From: Ophelia neglecta
Lineage: Eukaryota
NCBI GenBank assembly: GCA_965285935.1
Contig: OZ260666.1
Span: 67,828,001-67,892,000 of the forward strand
Length of the DNA: 64,000 nucleotides
Direction of reading: 5' to 3'
The notes below the pieces were generated by a model, which was given only the letters and a program-made list of their open reading frames with translations, was not told the DNA's origin and made no database searches. Positions 50,105 to 62,975 of the stretch are shown piece after piece (within the stretch, counting starts at the first letter, position 1; every line of letters begins with the position of its first letter). Position numbers and translations under genes: made by a program.

Positions 50105-53100
50105 CTATCCAATCATGTTGCTCACTATTACTTTTTTCCGACTCTTAGATCTGAAGCTGATACGGTCTACTATGCCACGCGCACCACACAGTCCAATTCC
50201 GCTGCCATTTCCGGTTTTTTGTTTCTGTTCACGTTCTAACTCTCGTCGAACTCTCACACATCGGACCTGTCTGACACAGTCATGAAAAAGTTTGATCACG
50301 TGTGCGTTCGAGAGTTTGGCGGATGATTCGTAAAAGGACACTCCGAGGTCAAACGCCGCGCTTCGCCCCTCCTCCTCAGATAAACACCGCTCTCGGAGAG
50401 CGTCTATTTTATTTCCTTAAAAAGATAACTCAGACTTAATAAGCATAATATAATTAAAATACATATTGAATACGTTTCAATTCTATTTCAGCGATGAAGA
50501 AAATAATGCCGTGAAAAGGTGATGATCTATATTACCGACTAGAACCACAGGGAGATCACGTTCTCGTCTCACGTGAAGAATGTACGAGAATAGCTGCTGG
50601 ACGATCTGGAGACTCCTCCTATCGGTGACGGAATATACTAAGATGAAGCCATCTGTTGTTATGATAGTCTGCCGCATGGTGATGTCTCGGTGCTTAAACT
50701 ATGTGGTTTAGAAAGTGGTAAACATTCATTAGAAATTAATAGAAAATGTTATTGATATGATGCATGATCATCGAATTCTTTAATATTACAATGTTTTAAT
50801 ATTAATTCGGAACAAATTAAGCATAAAACATTGAAATCAATATAGTCAGAGTACAATTTCAATAAAGCCAAATGTGATTGAAATTGTCCAACAAACTGAT
50901 ATTAAGAAGGGTTAGTTGTGAGATATTGTTCGTAGAAACTTGTTAGGATGTTAACCTCCCGGGTCCATCTTATAGTGTGAAAGAAAAGACAGGAAAAAGA
51001 TTGTTTGATACGTGTGTTTTCTCTTTGTTTGCAATCGTGGTGAATCATTCTGTTTTGTATCGATAAGCGCCACCTACCGGGAATTCTGTGCTTATTTCCA
51101 CTACTTTCAGCGGCGATACGTCACCATCAACCTCCTCTATTTTTACGGCGCCACCTAACGGAGAAAACAAAAAAAATCAGCTTCTTCAGGTCACTCTAAG
51201 AAACGTGCCGATGGGATTTTTTTTTGTAGTTGGGGAAGATCTGCGTGAAGCCAGCCAGCTAGACAAAATTATCACCTACTATAAGGAACAATGGGTAAAT
51301 CAAACTATGATAAATATGAAAACATATGACGTATCTATGAAATTGATTGTGAAAAAAATGATGATTGCAATTTGGCAGTCATTTAGTCAGGCCTTTTATT
51401 CCAACTGCTTTTAGATTTTCTTTCATCCTTTTTGGAAACCAGAGTTTCGACAGAAACCACGCTACAGCTATTAAAGGGCGGTCTTGAGATCTTTTAATCA
51501 CCAGTCATGTTCATGCTCTTTAAACATAGCATAAGCATCATTAGAAATTAATTTAATTTGAAATAGTTAGATAAGCAAGCATCAAATCGGCGCCATACAT
51601 ATTCCAAAACAGTTAAATTGTATTCGTTCTGGTGCCATGTAAAAATCAAATTTGCGGTGCCAAATTTCCCTACGCTCAATAATAAGAAAGACGGATTGTC
51701 CAATTATGAGCCTTTCGTCGAACTCGATATAACATCATTTCCAAACCTGACGTGGGAGAAGGAATGCAGGTATTTATTGGCTATTACCAATATACATGTA
51801 GCATTTCACCTTTTCCCTGATTCTATAGACGAATTAATTTAAATACCAATCATGCATATTTTCCCTGGGTTCTCCGTATGAGAGCAGAACTAACATTGAA
51901 TTCCATAAACGCTTGTAATATTTCTACTACTGCTTGTAAGTATCACAGGGACTGGCCAAGCCGTTACTATGAGTTTACTTATCGAATGATTTGAAACACT
52001 AGCAACAAGTAATTGGGCTAAAATGCCCCCGCATTTTTTTTTCTTCTGAGGTCGCTTCAGGCAATATAAGAATTGGAATGAGAAAATTCCCGCCAGATCT
52101 GTCGCAGATGGCAAAATGATGTAGCTTACATAGCCAGATGGAAGGTACAGCCATCTAAGCAGCATTGAAGGCTCATCTCGTATCGCTCTAAGCTCAAGCT
52201 GTACGGTAGATGGAATCAAAGCAACTTGCCAGGGTATCCTTCTATATCTTGCTGGCAGATCTTGAGAGGGGCCACGGGGTCAGACCCCCCCCCCCCCCCC
52301 ACCACCACCTCCAGATGCTTCAGAGAGTCTCGAGTGAGTTGGATGGTTAAGATAGGGGGCTAAGGATCCATGCCCCTCTGGGAAGACACATTAAAACCTC
52401 ACCCACACGATGAGACTGATAGGAATGCTAATTGAGGGGAGGTTAGGGGGCCCCCGTTACCAGTTCCCAGTTTGAAAAATGGGCAAATCCCGATTAACGG
52501 ATGTTTGAAGTCTACATTTTTTATGCCATTAGAGATAAAGTATTTCCCGCATCCGGATAAATTGAATTTGTGATTGCCCAGTCCCCTAATTATGTGCCTA
52601 CAAACATTCAAATATCTCGTTGTGTATATAGGAGGCAGATATGTGTCTCTCCCAGGGCACTACATGCTCAGTTTGATACAATGAACGGCCGTGCGGCAGA
52701 TAATATATTGTTAAAGACAATCCAAACAGAAGATGAAAACTTGTTCTTGTTTAAAACATGAAATAAATATTTAGGTTAGACAGTAAACAGACTTAATTGC
52801 ATTGCAAGTATATCAGTTGTACATGCGAGGTAATAACCTTTAAATAACTTTCTCATGGCGACCAAATCTATGGTAATTTTAATCATACCGACTAATCAGG
52901 CCATATAATCATTATGACTAAGGGCATAATCATACCGACTTAGTCCGTAATCATACGGATTAAGTCCCTAATCATCCCGACTAAGGCTTATTGTCATACC
53001 GACTAAGGACAAGTAAACGGTATATTTTCGCGGTGGACTTTTATCATCATAAAAGAAACGGCCGTTTTGTTTGGAGATTATCGATTTGTGCTGAAATATA

Positions 53101-54549
53101 TCATATTACACTACAGTTTATAACACATAATCCCCCCGGTCTCATTTACCCCTTTCTCCACTTTTTCAATCTATACTGCATTCGAGGCTGACGTCTGACA
53201 TATAAACATGATCTCCTGTTATTGGTACCCCGCTCTGATTGTTGCTGCATTTCAAACACAACTTAGTTCAGAAAACATACACGTGCTGTCCCCTGGTGGG
53301 CAACCTCAACCCTTGAGTTATCAGATAGTTCAGCATGGTAGCATTTAAAAAAAAAATAGCTTAGCACGAAGGCCAAGAAGGTGGCGGGGGTGCTGACTAG
53401 GTAAAAGACCCGTAAGGATTGCCTGGGGATGGGTGTAAAAGGCCAGGGAGGAGCAGGGTGGGGTAAAAGGAACTGAAGGAGCAGGGTGGGGGTAATAGCA
53501 CAGGTACGCGAGGCGTCTATCCCCTACTACCTATAGATAACTAGTTATCTATAGGTAGTAGGGGATAGACGCCTCGCGTACCTGTGGGTAATAGGACAGG
53601 TAGGCGTACGAAGGGGTAACATTATCGGGAGCAGCAGGTCGGGGCAGATGGCCAGGGAGGAGTAGGGTGGGGTAAAACGACAGGGAGGAGCAGAGTGGGG
53701 TAGAGTGGGGGCAGGATGGTGCAAAAGGACGGGCGGGCTGAAAGAACAGGGAACAGCAGGGTGGGGTAAAAGGACAGGGAACAGCCGGGCGGGTCGAAAA
53801 GACAGGGAACAGTAGGGTGGGGTAAAAAGACAAGGAGAAATCTGGGTTTATTTAGAGATAGATAAACTGCGTGGTATAAGCCTACTGACAAAAATAACCG
53901 CTGTGCTATATTACCAACTTTGTCTCATATAACTGAAATATAAATACAAGGGTCATCTATTGAAGTTAAAATTATCCAATGATGACTGTTGCTTATTTTA
54001 CCCCGTTTACAAGCAGCCGATACCCTGGCGTGTTGAGCTGTCTAGAGCTCCAGGCTATAGGCCTGGTGTCTGACCTCTGCTCAGTCCGAGCTAGGCCATG
54101 GGGCAGGGAAGATTACAAAACATGATGTCTTCTGTCCAAAATATCTAAGGTGCTTTAGCAAAGATAATAAACTGACGTTATGTTTACATGCGCGATCCAG
54201 TATGGTGGATAGCTATGGTCGTGAATATCGTGACAACGCCAGCTGGGCCGGGGAAAGGTTCTCAAGAAGAAATAGTGGTATCAACTGCGTTGAAAATACA
54301 AGTAAAATACGCATCGGTAATCATTCGATTATTTTAGAAGGATCTTGAATCATCGCGTATGAAATCTACCTAAGTAGGCAAAGGAAATGCTCAACCAAAC
54401 TCTAGGTTGAATTACCGCATATTCAGAGTTATGAACGGGCTACAAAGAGGGAGTATGGTGTTATAATTTGTGGGTTTAATAAAATAAACATTGATCTATT
54501 CAACACTCACCAATGTCTCCTTGGGTCCTGAGAAACCGCTGGCATATTG
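50105..54549 (-). CDS. Atypical Ras-family small GTPase, last four exons; P-loop exon not found in the window
   Basis: Exons 54549-54511, 51154-51078, 50698-50536 and 50415-50105 splice in frame (GT-AG) to xICQRFLRTQGDIGGAVKIEEVDGDVSPLKVVEISTEFPFKHRDITMRQTIITTDGFILVYSVTDRRSL...PVVLVGNKID...FYESSAK. G4 (NKxD) and G5 (SAK) are clear. Confidence 0.8.
53380..53830. repeat. Degenerate G-rich ~30-bp minisatellite
   Basis: agcagggtggggtaaaaggacaggga-like units. Confidence 0.75.
53499..53586. mobile_element. 88-bp perfectly palindromic miniature DNA transposon with 8-bp TSD
   Basis: 44-bp arms with no spacer, centred on ataact|agttat. GGTAATAG occurs at 53491-53498 and 53587-53594. Confidence 0.8.
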
Positions 54550-55148
54550 CTGAAAAAGCAACGAAACCATTTTAAATTGTTTGCACTCCAACGACTTGGT
54601 GTTTTTTTTCTTCTTAAAAAGCACATTTATCCTTCAAGCTTATAGAACTGATTAATATCTAGTGTACAACTACCAGCATGCATTTCATTTCAACACATAT
54701 CCTAACTAAAAACAGTTTAAAGTGTGAAAATCACGTTTATGAAACAGTAACTATTCATCTGAGAAGGAGACTTATCTTTGAACGTCTAAATACAGCAGAC
54801 GACATGGCCAAAGAAGCGCCCCTGTGAACCACATATCATCATAGGTAAACATCATTCAGAGCTCTTTGAAAGAGGCAAGCATTCCCTGTATAATTATACC
54901 GTTGACTTTGACTAGGTCACGAGGTATCGTATGGCAGTAGTGAGCAGACATCTGGACATGATTCAAATCGACTTTTCAAATAGGCCTACTTCAAAGATTG
55001 GATATTTCATAAGAGACAACAAAACTTAATATATTATGATTTATTGGTTAGTAGAAAGAACAAAACCCAAGTGGCCTGGTTAGTTGATTATTTTGAATTA
55101 TTTTGAATAGATGAGTGTCTCTAATTTGCATCTTCCGGTTGAAAAATA

Positions 55149-55407
55149 TGAAAGAGTTTAGTCCACCATAGACTCTTAAGTACGGATTAAATTGCTTAAT
55201 CTTTAATCCTGATTTAAATCCGAGTTAAGAGTTAAGACCGCTTCGAAAAACCGGGTCCAGCTCATCAATAATAAAAAAAGAGTGAAATTGATATCACTTG
55301 AAATGAGTAAAAGTGATCAGTCAGATCTCAAAACAAACGAATCAGTTATCAACTTGAAAAAAGAGACATATGCTCTTGGAGAGTCTATGGTGGACTAAAC
55401 TCTTTCA
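55149..55407. repeat. 28-bp perfect inverted repeat pair enclosing a Harbinger-MITE fragment
   Basis: tgaaagagtttagtccaccatagactct (55149-55176) and its reverse complement (55380-55407). Confidence 0.75.
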
Positions 55408-57992
55408 AAGGTGTCTTCTTTCGCGAAGGGAGTGTCCGATCGCCCTTGGAGGGTGCAGCTAGGGTATATTCTCCCGAGTCCACGATTTCATCTCCCGAGA
55501 ATGGAGTGCCCTATCTCCCTTCTGAGTGCCTTCCACCCCCTCGATATACTCCCTACGATAACCAATAGAATGTAAGGGGGTCCTGATCGCTTCTAGCTCC
55601 CAGAAAACTGCCAAGCAACATCATCACCATTCTCCATCAAGGGTCTGTTCAGTTAAACAGTCTCCCAGAAGAGGAAATAGCTACATGTTTTATGTTGGCA
55701 CGTGATAGCCAGACTTTTCTTACATAATTAGTAAAACAGTTTACCTTGGAATTTTTATGGCGCAAAACATACTTTGAAATCGCCAACTGAGAGCAAAGAA
55801 AGGTCTTTGTTGTTGATGTTAAAAGCAGGAAGTCTGGAGTTTATCGGGAATATCAGCGAACTTTGTCTCTAACCCTGGCGGCTGTAGGGTGAACGGCAAG
55901 GGGTGGGCCACCAGTGACCTCTCTAGGAGGAGACAGGCATCACACATGTGCACCATCCAGGCGTGCAGGTGGGGGAAGGGGGTCCGCTACCATGGCCCGG
56001 CCCCATCCCCCACCGCAGCCTCCACCCCCATCCCCCCACACACACAACCTATGAGTCCATATCTGCACCCCTTATATAATAAGACCCTCGATCTATGATA
56101 CATTACGTCTGTATCCCTTCAAAGGAAATAAAACTACCACAATTATAGTGTAGGTGTCAACTCTTTGTAGCCCTTTTAGCACGGAAAATGTGATAAAAGT
56201 AATAAAAGTTTAAGAGAATAGGTAATAAGTTAACAGACTGCTGCAGGAATGAGTGAAAGGTCGGAGGAATGTTAAGGGCAAACTCTCACAACATGTCAGG
56301 GCGGTGCTCCAAGTCTATTGTGTGTTGGCAAAAAGTAGAAAAAAATAGAAGAAAAACGTGAATGATCAAACAGTGGCTGGTAATAAACGTATCACGTTTG
56401 CTATAAGCTAGCGATATTGTGCACGTGGTTTTTATTTTCACCTGATTATCCACAGTACGTTTTAACTTGTGCCTCTCTTTCAAGTTACTCCATGACCCTT
56501 AGGCGTCCATGTAGATTGAGAAGGGCACGGGGATCAGAATCACCCACTTTCTACTACGTGCCCTAGGGAGTATCTCGAGGGAGTGGACAGGGTTAAGAGC
56601 CCCCCATCAGAGAGTCCCAGGGGGGGGGAGTAATGGGCCACAACCCCGTGGGCACGGGTTCCGGGAGCTGTCTTAGGTTTCGGGATTATGGTCGCCTATT
56701 ACGACGAGATAATACCGGTCTTAATCGGTATTACCAGATACTACCAATTGACAAAGGATTTAGTTCTGTGGTCAAATGGTTAGGTTAAACCACACCCCAC
56801 TTGTAGTAACCCCGCTTAACAAGTGAAGGCCGATGGAGCACATAAAATCTGATTATAATCGGAATGTACAGATGAGAAATGTGTCCAAAGCAACACCGAA
56901 TTGATGAGCAATACCTGCCAATCAGGAAAACAAACCTATTTAATACAGAGCAGTCTCTAAACACTTGCCAAATAGAACATTCTATAGTTCAGATACTATC
57001 TATTATAGAAAAGAAATGGGTTTAGAAACTTTAACAGTGTGACAATGAATATTCCCAAATTCGCTGTTAATAGACTATCTTAGACTTAATTTAATGTTCT
57101 TCAGAAACAATGCACATACATCAATGAATCTTAAAACAAAGAAACTTTGCCAACAAAACAAAAAATGCCCAGACACTTTGCGAATAGTACAGTGCTCAGT
57201 GTGCAGAAACTTGGCTAATGGATTGAGGAGCCTCGGAAACTATGCTCTCAAACAGGCATATGATTCAAACAGGCATATGAATCTACAAACCATATGCATC
57301 TATATATTCTGCCGTATACAAACCCCAAGAAGCAATGAATTGCACTATAGTTAAAGTTATGTTAGGAGATTGCAAAGGTCGAACTGATTTTCATATGCGG
57401 GTTTGTTATTATATACCGAGGGCGAGGACGGGATAGTGATCAGTCTTTGTACTGATATATCTCCCGAGCAGCCAGCATTCCCTACAGATTTTCCTGCTGG
57501 GATCTGTCTGCGCGGCTCTCTGCCCCCGTTTCTCCTGGGTTCTCCACTGGTAAACCCCGTGTCTGCCAGTGCTTATGAGCCTCCACATTATTTACATAGA
57601 ACAAGCTTCACAAGCTTAGGTATCTCTTAGGGTGATAAAAAGGATTCCGTGTTGATATAATTGAATTATTTGACATTTTAAACTAATTATTCGATGATAC
57701 AATTGAACAGAAAATGCCTCACTTAGAAAGCATAAAAACGATAGTTTTCTCCTATCTTCTTTGAACGTTGAGCACACTTTTAACATCTTCATTTTTTACA
57801 TACTCAGTTCCCTTACCAGTAAGGCCACACAGATTAGGGTAATGGGTACTGGGGAGCCATTTGCCCATTTCGTATTATAAACAGACATGCGAATAGCTTC
57901 AATTATCTATTTATTTTATTTTCTTAATGTTTTCTTCCGCTCTTCTAAGCTCGGTGGTTCCTAGTCCTCGACCCTGGCCCCGTCGGCCACCT

Positions 57993-58680
57993 TGAGCCGC
58001 CTCGGGATGATGCCAGGCGATCTGTGAACAGGGTGTCGCAGAGATAAGTTATCTTCACACCTATAAAACCCGGAGATACCACCGCCCCCGAGGTTTGCTA
58101 CCGACATCCACACCACGCCGTATCTCCGCCCCTCGTGATGCTTGGTCCCTCTTTGTCTGCTATGTTTCTCGCCGGCGGATATAGAGAGAAACAGGAAGTT
58201 GGGCTGCCGAGGTGGTATCTGGGAGAAGACACATTACCAGCCTCCGAATGATAGCTAAACATACAATCAGAATACAATTTTCGTATGTGGCAATATGTAT
58301 CCTATCCATTTGATTAACACTGTAACCTACCTAAAGTCCACCTCTATATTCAGACCACCTGCCAATTCAGGTCAATATATGCATACTATCATGTACACTT
58401 TTATGTAAAATAATAACCCACTTTGAATATAATTGATACTTAAGAGCCAAAATGGTTACTGTCTGGCATAAAGTGATGTGCATTTAGCCCCTGAGGTAGT
58501 TATTAAGCTTTGGAAGCCCAGGGGTCTTGGCTCCTTGACCCCCGCTTCTGAAGTGCCTCGAGCCGCCTCGTGGGGGATGCCAAGCGAACTGTTGTAGAGG
58601 GTATCGACAAGATAACGTTATCTTTACACCTATAAAATCTGGAGATACAACCGACCCCGAGGTCTGCTACCGACTCCACT
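57993..58680. repeat. Two diverged ~120-bp direct copies of an interspersed repeat
   Basis: gagccgcctcg...gatgcc...gataa..ttatctt.acacctataaaa....ggagatac...ccccgaggt.tgctaccgac at ~57995-58110 and ~58560-58680. Confidence 0.7.
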
Positions 58681-61600
58681 GACAACTACCTCAACTTAGC
58701 TGTGTCCGTTGTGAGACTTGCTCCTCTTTCATTTACAATTCCCCGCTATGGAAATCATGGCTGGACCGAGTAGAGAAACTCGAGATTATGAAGTAACTTA
58801 ACTAATAAGTCAGTGGTCTCTGTAAATAAGGAAGGCAAGGGCGTTACTAGGAGGGATGCGGGGGGTTCGTCCGAACCCCCCTTTGTCAGCTGACTTAACT
58901 TAAGTTGTCAAAAAATATTGTTCTATGGTTCGAACCGCAAAATCTACGAAACACCACCAGAAAAACCTATGTTGGTAATTTCATGTCGCGCTGAAGTGAA
59001 CCCCCCACCCCCTTCCCCCCCTTGTGGAAAGCTGGGAACGCCCCTGGAAGGGTATGACTGAATTGAAACAAACATAGAAAGACTGGAGGTAGCGACCAGC
59101 ATGTATAGATAGTAATTATTATTATGATTTTATGAGGCATTTCTCTACATGCCCGAGCTGTAGTCACACCTCGGTGGCGTTTTATTGACAGTATATTGCT
59201 AAGGTACGATGGCAAACTCGTAAGATTTTCAAACGGCGCTTCAGAAAAATTGTTACTATAGTTTTCTTTTGGCGTTGACATCCCCCAGCTGGTACTTTCT
59301 CCCATATGTACGTTATTCCGATCATATTTAGGCCTACAGGTTTAGATTCTGTGTTAACAAGCTGGCTCAGGCAGCGACTGACAGATCGTGTCTTATGCCC
59401 TGTCAGTACTCAGGAGTTACGGATTTAGAATGTGTGAGGGCTGTGAGCCACTCAACTCACACACTATATTTTATATCCCCCAGTAACCCCTCTAGAAGGA
59501 GCCACTCATCCCACTCGTTGGATATAAGGCCCCCAGACCCCCTGTCCCATCCCCCTCTTTTTGCTGTATGGCTGGCCCCTTTTGCGCACTTCCCATGTCC
59601 GCCAGATGAGTGTCATTTTTCATCACGGTTTATATGAACCTGTCGTAATCGTAGCCCAATTCCTCGGTATTAACGTGTTGATGCGTCTAGACAGACACAC
59701 GGCCTGTCTATAAATCCCCGAAGGTTTATGTGTTTTATCGGTTAACACACAGCTGCTGTTTATTTGTCAGGGATGCTGCAAGGTGTTCTGAATGGCGACT
59801 GTAGCGGAAGGGGATTTGGAATGGGCTTGATGCGGGGGGGGGGGGGGGGCTTTTTAATGCATTTCACATTCAAGGGCCCAACACCATCCACCCACCCCCT
59901 CCGAATTACCTGGACCCGCCGATAGTTCCTATCTTTTTTACCGACATTTATAGTAAGAAGCAGACATTGATTACAAACTCCCATCAGATCAAACCGGAAA
60001 TATACCAAGACAACCTTGATGCATGATAACAACTATAAATAACTAGACACGACTGCCGCAAACTAATAAAATGAGATTAAAGGTCATGTTGACTGTTAAT
60101 ACTACTGTGTCTGAACTGTTCTATGTTTATATGACATGCCAGGAAGCCGTTAAAATCTCTGTTTACATGTAATGACGTAGACGCGCGTGCGCTCCGGCAG
60201 GCGTGACATCCTGGAGCAGACGTCTCCCTGATGATTGAATCTTAATACCCGCACGTGCGGCGTCTAATAATAAATGTTTGGGGTTTACTTAGCTTATCTT
60301 GACCCCCGATATCACCTTGAAGGAGATAATAAGCTCTGCCAGTAGGCCTTGGGGAGCGAGATAAGATAAAGAAAGCAGGCGACGACTTTCATGAGTAGCT
60401 ACAGTAAGTAAAACAAACACCGGAAGTGCGAAAACCACATTATAAATGCTTCTAGAGTAATCTGCACAGCTATTAATCAATACTCCACAGAAAGACATGA
60501 CTCTAAAGTACCAGTGAAAGTTTGTTATTTTAGGTGGAAAGCCACAGGTTTGTTGATATTACTTCCAGCGTCTTAGAGGTGTGCATTTGTCGTCCTATGA
60601 TGACGGTTGTTTGACATAAATCAGTGGGCATCTTCCATTTAGAAATGGCCGGGGTGCTGAAGGAGTGTTTTCTAATTTCGATACACAACCGCACTTTAAG
60701 TTTTAGATTTTCCACTTTTCTTTATTCCAGTAAGGGGTACTAATATCCGAATCAAAAGCCTCTGGGGTCATTCAAGCGGAGGGCACACGTAGTCACGAAC
60801 CCTTCTTAATCCTTTCTAAGAGTTAAATAAGACAGCGTCCTGAGGGTGTGTATTGGCAAATTCCCCCAGAGCTAGGCTGAGATTCAGACCGTCGAGTTCA
60901 GTTGTCATTCTGGGAGAAGAAACACACTCCAATTTGTTAAGAACCATAGGTCGACTTATAAATAAGTAAACCTTACACCGAAATCTCTTTTGGACACTCG
61001 CTATATCTCATATTCCACCGAGGACCGCACCCTCCCCTATATACCCTCTCCCCCACCACTCCTCTCCTTTTTTAATCGGAAGAGTCCTCGTGGACCATGC
61101 AGTAAATTGCCCTCCCTGAGTAAACATGTGAGAAATGTCTTAGGAGATATTTGGACATGATAAATAGTTCGGCTGTGGAGGCCAGACATCAGCAGAGCGA
61201 AGACAGGGGTCGTTAAGTCAGCGCTGGTAGCTAACAGGCCGGACCACAGGTGGAATCAATGGTAGACACTTTTTCAAAACATTCCCTAAATCGTTATAAA
61301 TAATGTTCGAGGAGTTAGCAAGAGGGTCGGTCTGTTAACATGGCGTTTTGGCAGCCCATGCTCAATCATTTCTAAGACTTATAGTCTTGGAAAAACGCCC
61401 CGGTGTCGTTTATTTCTTAGCATTTAGTGGAAAGCGAATTTTGGTAAGGCCATGACCACCAAAAGGTCAAGTTCAACAGTTAGCAGCATGTGCTGTATTT
61501 GCGAGAAGGCATACTCTCGAGTGGAGAAAATAAATATGATTCAAAGCCGAAAAATTGTAAGTTTGGCAGATGGCTTCAACTTTTACCGAAAAAGCAATAT

Positions 61601-61926
61601 ATAATGGATGTCGGTAAGCCCAACTCCATCGCCAGAGAAGAGTTTTTTCTATTTGGAATTACAAACCGATTTCTAATAGAGGTTATGTTCAAGTGCCATT
61701 TACACAGACACCAATAGGCGATGGAGATGCCCATTGGGCCAAGGGGGAAGACAGTTTATTGGTATGAAACGCGCACCCTTGGGAGCAAACCGCGTACTAA
61801 ATAACACTAACTTAACACCTGCATGTCTTCCGTTGAGGCTTACAGATATGGCTGCAATAAGATTTATATAAACAGTTTGATTTTATACGCGTGGATATAT
61901 CTTCCCTATGACTTAGGATCCATGCG

Positions 61927-61938
61927 ACTCTGTCTCTG

Positions 61939-61991
<53 letters not shown>
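61927..61991. repeat. Compound microsatellite (CTCTGT)n(CT)n(TA)n
   Basis: Directly visible. Confidence 0.85.
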
Positions 61992-62451
61992 GTCTGTCTA
62001 TCTCAGTCTATGCGTCCTTTTATCCTTAAACGAAGGAGTAGATGTCTGTAATATGATTGTCACGCCTCTCTATCCTATAACTGTAGCCAGTTATGGCCGC
62101 AGATCCATCAATGGAGTAGGCGGGTCTCTCCAAAGTGAAACCGTACAAAGAGAACTGACGCCTCCCACCCCTCGATCGCCATGAGCACCTTGCACCCCCG
62201 GACCAATAATCCATCAAATTATGTGCCAAATGTTTGCTAATCACATCAGTTCTCCCATGCTAAGATATTCTATTTTTACACTAACAGAAGACTCCGGCTT
62301 GTTTTTATTTTCCTTTTTCATGTGTAGCTCGAGTTTACCACATCGCTTCCAGACTTAGTAGAGATCCTAAGTAGACTACATTATACTTGTCCATCAATAA
62401 GAGGCAATAATGACAAAACCATACCCTATCAAAACAGATAATGCTGTCATT

Positions 62452-62975
62452 TGCCACGTTTGTTACAGTCTATGTTTTATCATAATACACTACCCAGCTA
62501 CATGTCACGTTTGTTAGAGTCATGGACTCATGGTTGTATTATAACAAACCACACTGCCCCTGTCACGTTTTTTTAGAGTCTAGGTGGTATTATAACAAAC
62601 CACACTGCCCCTGTCACGTTTGTTAGAGTCATGGTTGTATTATAACAAACCACACTGCCCCTGTCCCGTTTTTTAGAGTCTAGGTGGTATTATAACAAAC
62701 CACACTGACCCTGTCACGTTTGTTAGAGTCATGGTTGTATTTTAACAAACCACACTGCCCCTGTCCCGTTTTTTAGAGTCTAGGTGGTATTATAACAAAC
62801 CACACTGACCCTGTCACGTTTGTTAGAGTCATGGTTGTATTATAACAAACCACACTGCCACCAGTCACGTTTGTTAGAGTCATGGTTGTATTATAACAAA
62901 CCACACTGCCACCAGTCACGTTTGTTAGAGTCATGGTTTTATTTTAACAAACCACACTGTGTTGTTTGCTAGAGT
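62452..62975. repeat. ~50-bp minisatellite, about 10 copies
   Basis: tgtcacgtttgttagagtcatggttgtattataacaaaccacactgcccc units, spaced 50-51 bp. Confidence 0.9.

Noticed and set aside
53549-53891. Pro/Cys-rich ORFs, and ORF 63544-63969
   Set aside because: Translations of G-rich minisatellite or repeat fragments with no domain signal.
49345-54062. 45-bp sequence cgataccctgg.gtgttgagctgt.tagagctccaggc.ataggc at ~49346 and ~54018 as possible LTR/TSD boundaries
   Set aside because: Nothing element-like lies between them (host exons instead); most likely two fragments of a common interspersed repeat.
62452-62975. Regularly spaced repeats resembling a CRISPR array
   Set aside because: No unique spacers, no cas genes, eukaryotic context; it is a tandem minisatellite.
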